A stretch of 64,000 bases of DNA from an uncultured Thermoplasmatales archaeon (GTDB lineage Archaea > Thermoplasmatota > Penumbrarchaeia > Penumbrarchaeales > Penumbrarchaeaceae): positions 207,452-271,451 of the forward strand of contig CAWEDU010000017.1 in NCBI GenBank assembly GCA_963807965.1, read 5' to 3'. The notes beneath the pieces were generated by a model that worked only from the letters and a program-made list of their open reading frames with translations, was not told the DNA's origin and searched no databases. Position 1 is the first letter of the stretch. The number at the start of each line of letters is the position of its first letter. The position numbers and the translations under genes are program-made. This document shows, piece by piece, positions 52,853-62,871 of this stretch.

Positions 52853-52947
52853 TTTTATATCAAATCAATATTAGCAGGTTTCCCCCAGGGGGTCATTGAC
52901 CCATCTGTGGGGAACTTGACCTCACTTATAATAAGGGTTATATATTC
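52853..52947 (+). promoter_or_regulatory. Candidate archaeal TATA-box promoters for the 16S rRNA gene.
   Basis: GAAATGTTTTTATAT (52847-52861), then CTTATAATAAGGGTTATATATT (52925-52947), about 225-320 nt upstream of the mature 16S 5' end. The stem-loop CCCCCAGGGGG sits between them. Confidence 0.35.
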
Positions 52948-53112
52948 GACCTTGTTTAAGGGGGTCTTACCCGCAGCCATTTGCGTTGTTCCGTGAGACG
53001 GTGTATTGCCTCAGATGATCGGAACCATCCAGGCCCGCGGACATATGAAAGGGGTTGGAGAAACCCGGAGAAATCCGTGACCTCTCCTATCCGACATACG
53101 ATGAAAGTGATA

Positions 53113-53131
53113 CTTGAGCGAATCGAACGTT
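53113..53131 (+). other. 5' half of the 16S processing stem (pre-rRNA excision helix, BHB-type). It pairs with 54683..54700.
   Basis: CTTGAGCGAATCGAACGTT is nearly perfectly complementary to AACGTTCGGTCGCTCAAG at 54683-54700, bracketing the 16S. Confidence 0.55.
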
Positions 53132-53169
53132 GTGTGCAGGAAGATGGAAAGTATATTTCTCATCTGCCA

Positions 53170-54647
<1,478 letters not shown>

Positions 54648-54682
54648 AAGAAATTAACCTTATTGGATCCCTACGATCCATT

Positions 54683-54700
54683 AACGTTCGGTCGCTCAAG
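54683..54700 (+). other. 3' half of the 16S processing stem.
   Basis: Complementary to 53113-53131. Confidence 0.55.
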
Positions 54701-54717
54701 CACTTAATTCATCGTAT

Positions 54718-54744
54718 GCCGGAATGAAACCCCTTTCTTTTTTC
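54718..54744 (+). terminator. CGGAATGAAACCC motif followed by a T-run; a putative rRNA terminator or processing element (copy 1).
   Basis: GCCGGAATGAAACCCCTTTCTTTTTTC. The same core recurs at 54941-54966. Confidence 0.35.
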
Positions 54745-54940
54745 TTTGATTTACAAAAGAATCAATATGAGATTCGTAAATCAAAGTGCGCTTAATGAGA
54801 TGTAGAATTGTCGGTCTAATTAAGTTGGACCTTCACATCTGTGATGTGGAGGGCAGGAAAAAACCGAAACTGAAAGTTGTTTTTTCCTATGATCTCGAAC
54901 TTCTGATTCAATGAATTATTAACGAGAAGGAGTTACGAGG

Positions 54941-54966
54941 CCGGTCGGAATGAAACCCTTTTTTTT
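54941..54966 (+). terminator. CGGAATGAAACCC motif followed by a T-run (copy 2).
   Basis: CCGGTCGGAATGAAACCCTTTTTTTT, 220 nt after copy 1. Oligo-T is the archaeal termination signal. Confidence 0.35.
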
Positions 54967-55011
54967 ATTTAATAAGAAAAGGTCCTTCATTGATACTTCG
55001 TATCAAGATAT

Positions 55012-56025
55012 TCACCTACCTTTTATAATAATCACTATCATCGCTATAATCAGAATTGCTATGATTATCAATGAAACAAGGATGAGGATCAATATGATCC
55101 TCTCACCACTTTTTTCAACCTCATAGCCGTTCCTTTCAGGGTCCTCGGGATAGTTATCCAGTTTCAACCCGGTCCTGGAATCATCCATGTCCCTTCCATC
55201 GTTCCAGCGGTTGGGATATCCGTCTCCATCGATATCGACACTTGCGGCCCAGTCATCGGGAAACGCATCCAAAGAATCCTCGACATTATCGTAATCTCTA
55301 TCATTAAAATATATATATTTTTCAAGGATCTCGATCTTTCGAGAGATTTTTTCCGTCTCGAAATCACCATCACTGACCCACATTGAAACACTCTTGAATC
55401 CTTTCTTTGAATATGTGTGGGTAACGTTCATGCCAGTAGTGGTGGCTCCATCACCGAAGTCCCAGAAGTAGGTCAATCTATCATCATCAGGGTCCTTTAC
55501 ACTGGAAACGGAGAACTCGATCTCGTCACCCTCATATAGATCCGTGGACGGATCGGGGTAAATGTAGAATCTATCAGGTTTTTCCGGAGGGCTGTTTTCA
55601 ACTGTAACAATGATCACCAGTTGAACATCATCGATCCTTGTCGAGTTCTCCACTCTCAAGGTGAGATTGCAGATTCCCCAGGTATCCTCCCACACCTCAA
55701 CAGATGCTATCCACCGGTCCTCTATTCTGAGTATATTCAGGTTGAAGAAATCCATCTTAATGAAGGACTGCCATCCATTGATGTATTCATTGAAGATCAT
55801 GATAGAATAGATTTTGCCGATACTTCCGTTGAACATTCCCTTCGGTCCTGTTAAATAGAATTCAATTTCTCCATCCCTGTCCCGGATCAACGGAGGACCT
55901 TCCCAGTCGGAACTGATCGAAATTCTATTCTCGGTAGACTCCTCAGTTCCTTCCGAACCTCCTGTGAAAATTATTGAGATCGATCCAATATTAAGAAGTA
56001 CCGAGATTGCGATTTCTCCTCTCAT
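55012..56025 (-). CDS. Secreted PKD-domain protein with a C-terminal TM anchor.
   Basis: PKD block TYFWDFGDGATTTGMNVTHTYSKKGFKSVSMWVSDGD. C-terminal hydrophobic segment IILILILVSLIIIAILIIAMIVIII. Confidence 0.75.
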   Translation of the reverse strand: MRGEIAISVLLNIGSISIIFTGGSEGTEESTENRISISSDWEGPPLIRDRDGEIEFYLTGPKGMFNGSIGKIYSIMIFNEYINGWQSFIKMDFFNLNILRIEDRWIASVEVWEDTWGICNLTLRVENSTRIDDVQLVIIVTVENSPPEKPDRFYIYPDPSTDLYEGDEIEFSVSSVKDPDDDRLTYFWDFGDGATTTGMNVTHTYSKKGFKSVSMWVSDGDFETEKISRKIEILEKYIYFNDRDYDNVEDSLDAFPDDWAASVDIDGDGYPNRWNDGRDMDDSRTGLKLDNYPEDPERNGYEVEKSGERIILILILVSLIIIAILIIAMIVIIIKGR

Positions 56026-56249
56026 TCGCCCACCTTGATGAATTTATCAAGGTTAACAATATTAATGGATTATCTACAATCGTGTTAGCTTTGAGTCATT
56101 CGATCATTGACATATTATAAGAAGAAGAACTTGAAATTATTTTTTGGATTCAATCATTATTTTATAAAATATTGCTGAATTAATAGAAAAAAAGCAAAAT
56201 AACAGCCCCCCAACCCGAACAAGGAAATTATACAAGAATCATATTCAGT

Positions 56250-56735
56250 ATGGGTATGAAGATCGGAAAGGCATTGAGCGAGAAGAAAGCCGCTCAAAAC
56301 GCATTATCCCGCCTCATGACCCTCCGAGAGAAGACCATGTTCCATGAGGAAGATAAGGAACCCGAATTGGTCTTTTCTGAACTCGAGGACCTGATCGACC
56401 AGAAGATAAGGATGATAAAGGATCTGAAACTCAGGATCATCTACACCAACTGCAATCACCGGTTGGAGAATGAGATGATGCTTCAGGAGGCGATTATCAA
56501 CATAGGTGACCTCAGATCCGAACTTAAAGCATACAACTCTCTTCTGGACAAGGAACCAGGTGGAAGATCATATTTTGGTTCATCCAGGGATACTGATAAG
56601 GAATATCTCTCTCAGATCTCAAAAAGGGAGATCATGGATAAGATCGAGAAACTGGAAAGTGAAAAGAACGAGCTGGATTCACTGATAGCCAGAGCGAATA
56701 ACACCGTTGATATCGTGGATGAGGTTCCGGGATAA
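56250..56735 (+). CDS. Hypothetical coiled-coil protein.
   Basis: 161-aa ORF, charged/helical composition. Confidence 0.35.
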   Translation: MGMKIGKALSEKKAAQNALSRLMTLREKTMFHEEDKEPELVFSELEDLIDQKIRMIKDLKLRIIYTNCNHRLENEMMLQEAIINIGDLRSELKAYNSLLDKEPGGRSYFGSSRDTDKEYLSQISKREIMDKIEKLESEKNELDSLIARANNTVDIVDEVPG

Positions 56736-57134
56736 AGTAGGTTAAAGGTGATTCCATTTGGGAGTTGTTACCGATATGCCACCCTCTGCAGGAGAGAACC
56801 GCTTCAATGATCACAGATCTTTTGACCAAGGTTCAATTGCTCAATAGTCAAATATCATCCTTTCGTATAAGTCCTCTCTCGAATGAGTTCACCGACCTTA
56901 TACCTTATCTTGGACTATTAAGACCATTGATCGGACCATTACTGACCCTATAAATATGGAGTTAAGGTCACCATCAGAAGGAACAAAATGACGTTCTATC
57001 TTCTCATTATCCCACATTGATTAGTTCATGAAGGAAGACAATATTTTTGGATCATTTCCAACCGTGTCAGGTCCGAGTCAATATAGAAGTCATGTTGGAA
57101 ACGATGATCCAAAACCAAAATTTATTATATTCAT

Positions 57135-57704
57135 ATGCATCTGTATGAAAATATGATACAACTGTATCAAAATATCAATACACTTAAGGTCCTCAGCCAT
57201 TTCTTCAAGGATCCATACACTGGATATTATCTCCGGGAGCTTGCCAGGCTGCTAGATATGGATCCAATGACAGTTAAGAGAGCACTCGATTTACTGGTAA
57301 ATGATGGTTACCTTGAAAAATATGAAGAAAAGAATCTGCTCCTTTACAGAGCGGATATGAATAATCCCCATTTCACTTTCGCCAAGGTCTCCTACAGTTT
57401 ATCGATAATATATGATCAGAAAGTGGTAGAACATATAATGGAGAAAGTGTCCGGTTTGATCTGCATTGTTTTATATGGAAGTGTATCAAAGGGAGAGGAT
57501 GGTACGGAAAGCGATCTGGACCTTCTCATTATTGGTGGATCATTGGGTGACACCTTGGATTCATTTGATCTACCTTGGGAATTCAATCTTGTTTTCATGA
57601 CACTTGATGAATGGGATGATACATACCATAAAAACAGGGGTTATTACGATGAGATAATCAGGACAGGGATTAATCTCCATGGAATTTTGCCGGTGATCGA
57701 TTGA
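57135..57704 (+). CDS. Minimal nucleotidyltransferase (MNT) with an N-terminal wHTH; antitoxin-type partner of a HEPN protein.
   Basis: NTase motif LYGSVSKGEDGTESDLDLLIIG. 4-nt ATGA overlap with the downstream HEPN gene. Confidence 0.65.
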   Translation: MHLYENMIQLYQNINTLKVLSHFFKDPYTGYYLRELARLLDMDPMTVKRALDLLVNDGYLEKYEEKNLLLYRADMNNPHFTFAKVSYSLSIIYDQKVVEHIMEKVSGLICIVLYGSVSKGEDGTESDLDLLIIGGSLGDTLDSFDLPWEFNLVFMTLDEWDDTYHKNRGYYDEIIRTGINLHGILPVID

Positions 57705-58141
57705 GACTTGATGAATGTTACAAGAAGAGATTCCTTAGGAGAATTAAACCGGATATGAATAAATCGGAAAAATCTCTAAAAATGGCGGAGGAGAAATTGT
57801 TAAAAGCAATTGAACTGAAATCTTCCGGATTCAATGAGGAATGTCTGGTGGCGTCCTATTCTGCCATGCTTATGGCTGCAAGGGGTCTATTATTTTCCGA
57901 TGGTGTGATGGAGAAAAATCATTATTGTGTTATTTTATACTTGAAAGAGAATTATCTGAATGAGATCGGTCAGGGTCCGATATCCTGGCTTGATGTTTAT
58001 CGTAGTGAACGGCATCAATGGTTCTATGGATTAGATAGCCTTTCCACTTCGGAGAAAGGATCAAAAAATGCCGTTGATCGTGCAACCAGGTTTATTGATA
58101 TCGTCAAGGTGCTGCTGAAAGGTGACGAATCTGAAGAATAA
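57701..58141 (+). CDS. HEPN-domain protein (toxin-type partner of the MNT).
   Basis: 146-aa helical protein with an R-x(3-4)-H-like motif (YRSERHQ), coupled to the MNT gene. Confidence 0.55.
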   Translation: MRLDECYKKRFLRRIKPDMNKSEKSLKMAEEKLLKAIELKSSGFNEECLVASYSAMLMAARGLLFSDGVMEKNHYCVILYLKENYLNEIGQGPISWLDVYRSERHQWFYGLDSLSTSEKGSKNAVDRATRFIDIVKVLLKGDESEE

Positions 58142-58155
58142 TACCTATTATCTTT

Positions 58156-59271
58156 TCATGATAAACTTGGCTTCCCATTCGCAATGGATTCATATTCCTT
58201 TATAAGTTCCTCTATCAATTCCTTAACATGGACCAGCTTTTTCACCTTGTACACATTCTTACCCGCAAAGGCAAAACCACGATCCAGGTTACCCTCCTTT
58301 GCATTACTAAGTGCCTCGGCAATGCAGTATGGGGCATCTTTGAAATCGCAGGTCCTGAGACATCTCCAGGAGCAGATGAAGGGCTTCTTGTTCCCATCGG
58401 AAACATCTTCAAGGAATTTGTTCTTAATCGCCCTTCCTGGCATTCCCACGGGACTCTGGATGATCATCACATCATCTTCCTTGCAGTTGATGTATGAATC
58501 CTTGAAAATGATGGATGCATCGCATTCGTGGGTTGCCACGAATCTTGTTGCCATCTGAACACCGGAGGCTCCCATCTCGATGAACCTGTAGATGTCCTCT
58601 CCTGTGTAGATTCCGCCCGCTGCGATGACTGGTATGTCCTTGTTGTATCTTTCCCTGAAAGGAATTATTGCCTCTATTACAGAAGGAATTATACCTTCGA
58701 GCATATTCTCATCCTTTTCAAGATCCTCTTTATGGAAACCAAGGTGGCCGCCTGCCATCGGTCCTTCAACAACAACTCCGTCCGGGATATGATCGTAGTT
58801 CTTCGCCCAGTAATTGAACATTATTGTTGCACCTTTGGCGTTGGAGACTATTGGGACTATCTTGGTATTCGAACTTTTGATGTTCTCAATATCTATGGTA
58901 TCGGGTAATCTGAGAAGGAGACCGGCTCCAATGAATATCACATCCACTTTCTCCTCGATCGCCGTATTGATGAGGACATCATAATTCGATAGAGCCATCA
59001 TGATATTGACCCCGATGACACCATCTGACATCCTTCTGGCCTTTCGAACCTCCTTTCTTAGGGCCCTGATATTTGCTTCACCATAATTTGTCTTCAGGTC
59101 AGGTTCATCAGCTCCGATGCCTGCTGTTCCAATAACTCCGATCCCACCCGCATTGGCCACAGCGGATGCCAATCCTGACAGGGAAATACCCACGCTCATT
59201 CCTCCTTGGATTATTGGGACATGGGCTTTTAAGTCATCCATAACGAGTTCCGGGATCTTTCTAAAGTTCAT
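58156..59271 (-). CDS. Nitronate monooxygenase/2-nitropropane-dioxygenase-family FMN oxidoreductase (FabK-like TIM barrel).
   Basis: IIQGGMSVGIS, GGIGVIG, PVIAAGGIYTGED; 371 aa. Confidence 0.7.
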   Translation of the reverse strand: MNFRKIPELVMDDLKAHVPIIQGGMSVGISLSGLASAVANAGGIGVIGTAGIGADEPDLKTNYGEANIRALRKEVRKARRMSDGVIGVNIMMALSNYDVLINTAIEEKVDVIFIGAGLLLRLPDTIDIENIKSSNTKIVPIVSNAKGATIMFNYWAKNYDHIPDGVVVEGPMAGGHLGFHKEDLEKDENMLEGIIPSVIEAIIPFRERYNKDIPVIAAGGIYTGEDIYRFIEMGASGVQMATRFVATHECDASIIFKDSYINCKEDDVMIIQSPVGMPGRAIKNKFLEDVSDGNKKPFICSWRCLRTCDFKDAPYCIAEALSNAKEGNLDRGFAFAGKNVYKVKKLVHVKELIEELIKEYESIANGKPSLS

Positions 59272-59505
59272 TTAAAAAACCCCGATATTTCCCTGATTTT
59301 TTCCAAAAATTCAATCACACACCTATGGTCCAGAGGGTCCAATGATCCCCCTGGAGGAATTTTTTGATCCAAGTCTACGGAATTGATTCACATTATTAAC
59401 CGTTTCGGAGGATTTGTTACAAATCTCATAGCTTTTTAGGTCCTTCTTCAGGTAAAATTTTCAGAATATCCATCAGAAATCGGATCGCGGGCTTCATCCC
59501 TTTGA

Positions 59506-60618
59506 TCAGAACCCGGTATCGAAATCCCAATCAAGGTCCCACCTTTTCAGATCGTCCTCCAGGACCTTTTCCTCCCCTATATCGCCGGGACTCCCAAATT
59601 CAATGGCCCGGAGCCTTCCTTTGAGCACTGCCCTTTCATATCTGGAAGGTCCCCTCAAAGGACTCATTGACCAGAGTCTCCTGGGAGGGTCCTTCATTTC
59701 CTCGCTATCATCCCCTGATCCGATCTTCCTTATCAAGCCAAGTGATAAGACTATCAATATCAGGAGGATCAGGATGATCACAATGAAAAATGGGATTTTC
59801 GACCCATTATCACTTTCAGATTTCTTAGGCTGAGTGGTCGCGTTATCTGTCGACCCATTGATATCAGCCTTTGTTTCCTCCACTGGAAGCACCTCGAGGA
59901 CCGACGTCCTCCTGTCTGTCAGGTTCCCATCATCGACAATAAGCGTGATCGTATGTGTGCCGGGTTGGGAAATTGTTGTGATGAGGACCTTACCTGTACC
60001 CTCTGTTACGCTATCCAGTTCCCATGTGATCTCAAGATAATCCATGTCAGGATCCGAGATCATGCCTGCTGAGATGGATACTTCCTCACCCACTCTGATC
60101 TTTCCTGATGGGATCAATATTGGGTCCTTTATATTTGGTCGATCGTTAATATCGATCAAAGAGATGGTCACTGTTTCTAGGTCCTGGGTCCCATTATAAA
60201 TACATAGGAATGCGAGGGTAATCGTAACATTATCCATCATGCTCTTGCCATCATGCCAGATCATCTGATCGTCAAGGGTAATATTCAACTCCAGGCCCCA
60301 GTCGTTCCTGATGAACTGGTTTTCCCCGAAGTATTGTGTAACAAAGGGTAGCTGATCCGAGATCGGAGGTATTCCCTTCACCCATGCATTCGAATTTGTG
60401 ACAATTGTTACGTCTTCCATTCGAAGAGTATTATTCAGCAGGACCCGGAGATCCAAGTTGTCATATTGATAGTATACTTGCTGATAGTCGTTCACAGAGA
60501 TCAGGTCCTGTTCAATTGTGGATGGAATGTCCTCCCCTGAAAGATTATAAGGGACGAAATTCAATAAGATTAAGATCGAAGCTATCAAACCAATTCCAAT
60601 GTTCATCGATCTCTTCAT
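59506..60618 (-). CDS. Membrane-anchored protein with an extracellular PKD/Ig-like domain and a cytoplasmic tail.
   Basis: Signal peptide MKRSMNIGIGLIASILILLNFVP. LEITWELDSVTEGTGKVLITTISQPGTHTITLIVDDGNLTD. TM segment IPFFIVIILILLILIVLSLGLI. Confidence 0.6.
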   Translation of the reverse strand: MKRSMNIGIGLIASILILLNFVPYNLSGEDIPSTIEQDLISVNDYQQVYYQYDNLDLRVLLNNTLRMEDVTIVTNSNAWVKGIPPISDQLPFVTQYFGENQFIRNDWGLELNITLDDQMIWHDGKSMMDNVTITLAFLCIYNGTQDLETVTISLIDINDRPNIKDPILIPSGKIRVGEEVSISAGMISDPDMDYLEITWELDSVTEGTGKVLITTISQPGTHTITLIVDDGNLTDRRTSVLEVLPVEETKADINGSTDNATTQPKKSESDNGSKIPFFIVIILILLILIVLSLGLIRKIGSGDDSEEMKDPPRRLWSMSPLRGPSRYERAVLKGRLRAIEFGSPGDIGEEKVLEDDLKRWDLDWDFDTGF

Positions 60619-60918
60619 AATTCAGGCCACTTCCGTCACTAATGTATCACCTCATCCTCCATTTAATCGTTCTCCTTTAAAACAGGTCTTGGATGTAAAT
60701 CGATCCTCAGATCTGCTGTATCAATTGATCGTCCCAATTACCAAATCGATAATGTAAGTTGACATCCTTTCCTCGTTCATGAGGTCCTTCAGGATCAGGA
60801 AGATACTGACTGATGGTAGTATCAAAATAGATACCAGGGGACCTTAAGAGAGATAACATCAGAATATATTTCGATTGATACCGGATGGTCCAGGGAACCC
60901 CTGGACCTTGGATATGTA

Positions 60919-61272
60919 TTGTTCGAACCCGATGATAAGTGGATAGAGACCTTTTATTTTGACAAATGGTATAATATCTTCAGGATCGCCTCGGGAAAGG
61001 GTGAACTCAAGGGTTTCTACATAAATATTACCAAACCTCCGATCATCGGATCTGATACCATCGATTGGGAGGACCTTGCAATCGATATTTGGGTGAGGCC
61101 GGATGGGTCCTATTTGGTACTGGACGAGGATGAGTTTGAGGACCTTGTTATAGATCAAAATATTCGTATTGGAGCCCTGGAAGCATTGGAAACCGTTAAG
61201 GAAATTGTAAGAAAGAAGGACATAAGCGTGTTTGATTTCCCTTGGTATTCCCAACTTTTAAAATATGATTGA
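60919..61272 (+). CDS. Small DUF402-like protein (tentative).
   Basis: 117-aa ORF. The upstream frame is open, so the start is uncertain. Confidence 0.3.
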   Translation: MFEPDDKWIETFYFDKWYNIFRIASGKGELKGFYINITKPPIIGSDTIDWEDLAIDIWVRPDGSYLVLDEDEFEDLVIDQNIRIGALEALETVKEIVRKKDISVFDFPWYSQLLKYD

Positions 61273-61287
61273 TACCATATTTTTTTC

Positions 61288-62871
61288 ATGGTTTGGAAGG
61301 GATTCTTCAATCTGCATGTGATTATATTTTTCATTCTGATGGTCTTCCCCCTGATTCCTCTCCTTGAGAATAGGTCGGATGGAGATTCAACTAAGGGGAT
61401 CGTAGATGATCATCTGGATATTCAAAAAAATGATTGGATTATCGATTCGAAAGATTTCGAATCGAACCTGGGAGGGATGAATCAATCCCAAAATGATTTT
61501 AGAGGGATAGATAAAAATGCTGATGAAGGAAGAGTAGATACTAAATCAAACATCAAGGAAACCGTTCCTCTGAATGCATACGAAGGACCGAAGTATTCAA
61601 ATAAAGATCATAACAAAATTGAATTGGATACTGGAGATCTTAGATCCGGGTCCGATTGGACATTGATGGTCTATCTTGATGGGAATCACAATCTTTGCAC
61701 TCACGGTTCAAGCGACATGGCTGAGATAAACGCATCCTTTGCCACGAATGTGGATGTCCTTGTCCTGAAGGATGACGATAGCGAAGATGGAAATGACACA
61801 AGGATGTACTACGTGAACGGAGGGATCTCGGCAGAGATACATCCCAATTGGCTCGATGATGAGGAGAACATGGGGGATGGAGATAATCTCTATGACTTCG
61901 TCAATTGGACCCTCTCGAACTATCCCTCCGACAGGACAATGTTGCTTTTTTGGGACCATGGTTCAGCTTACTGGGGATGCTGCCGTGACGAGGATACTGG
62001 ACCGGATTTCATTGAAGATGAAGATTCCCTGAGGATAATGGAAATCAGGGATGCTCTTGACAGAGCCATTTCTCCCGGTGATAAGCTCGATATCATGGCA
62101 TTTTGCGCTTGCAGCATGGCCAATACCGAGGTTTGCTACTGCATGGCAGATTATGCAGATTATCTGCTCGCATCCGAACAGTCCGGCTGGCTCACAGAGT
62201 CGGAAGGATTCAATTGGGATTTCACATTGATAATAAATGAGATGAATTCGAACGACGATCCCGTTGATCTGTGTGAGTATATTGTCGATACGACGATGGT
62301 GAACTCGGAAAATGTCCAAGCCCACAGATCTCATACCTGGAGTGTTATCGATCTGAGTGAAATGGAGGACCTCAAGGATAGACTCGACTGGTTCTCATAT
62401 GAATTGATGGAAGCATTCCCTGAATATTATTATGAGATATCCCAAGCAAGGTTGGCAACAGAGGAGTATAAAAGCGGAGTTCGGCCTGATTTGTACCACT
62501 TCGCCCAGAATATTAAGAATCATGGAAATCTACCTTCTGACCTGAAGAATGCGGCAAGCACATTGACGAGCGGGGTAAATAATGCTGTAATTTATGAGGA
62601 CCATAGAACAGGAGATGATGTTGTCACATCCGGTTTGTACGACCCAGCGATCACTAGCAGATCAGATAAAATCGCAACGGAGGACAAGGACAAGACTCAT
62701 GGACCCGTTGACAACGCCCATGGTTTGACGGTTTACTTTCCTGTAAACCATTCCGGAGAGAGTCTTTGGTATTACAGAAGTTCCACCCATGATAAAGTAC
62801 TTTACAGATCGATCCGTTTGGGACGAATGGCTCGAGATCTATACGGATTTCATATATGTAGACGACAGTAA
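61288..62871 (+). CDS. Second clostripain-family (C11) cysteine peptidase. It very likely continues by a +1 frameshift near 62795 into the beta-helix domain annotated next.
   Basis: LMVYLDGNHNL, LLFWDHGSAYWG, MAFCACSMANTE. Signal peptide-like VIIFFILMVFPLIPLL. Confidence 0.75.
   Translation: MVWKGFFNLHVIIFFILMVFPLIPLLENRSDGDSTKGIVDDHLDIQKNDWIIDSKDFESNLGGMNQSQNDFRGIDKNADEGRVDTKSNIKETVPLNAYEGPKYSNKDHNKIELDTGDLRSGSDWTLMVYLDGNHNLCTHGSSDMAEINASFATNVDVLVLKDDDSEDGNDTRMYYVNGGISAEIHPNWLDDEENMGDGDNLYDFVNWTLSNYPSDRTMLLFWDHGSAYWGCCRDEDTGPDFIEDEDSLRIMEIRDALDRAISPGDKLDIMAFCACSMANTEVCYCMADYADYLLASEQSGWLTESEGFNWDFTLIINEMNSNDDPVDLCEYIVDTTMVNSENVQAHRSHTWSVIDLSEMEDLKDRLDWFSYELMEAFPEYYYEISQARLATEEYKSGVRPDLYHFAQNIKNHGNLPSDLKNAASTLTSGVNNAVIYEDHRTGDDVVTSGLYDPAITSRSDKIATEDKDKTHGPVDNAHGLTVYFPVNHSGESLWYYRSSTHDKVLYRSIRLGRMARDLYGFHICRRQ

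Noticed and set aside
54648-55011. Expected a tRNA-Ala and the start of 23S downstream of the 16S.
   Set aside because: No tRNA-like acceptor/T-arm pattern and no 23S 5' consensus are present. A protein-coding gene on the opposite strand begins at 56025. The rRNA genes are concluded to be unlinked.
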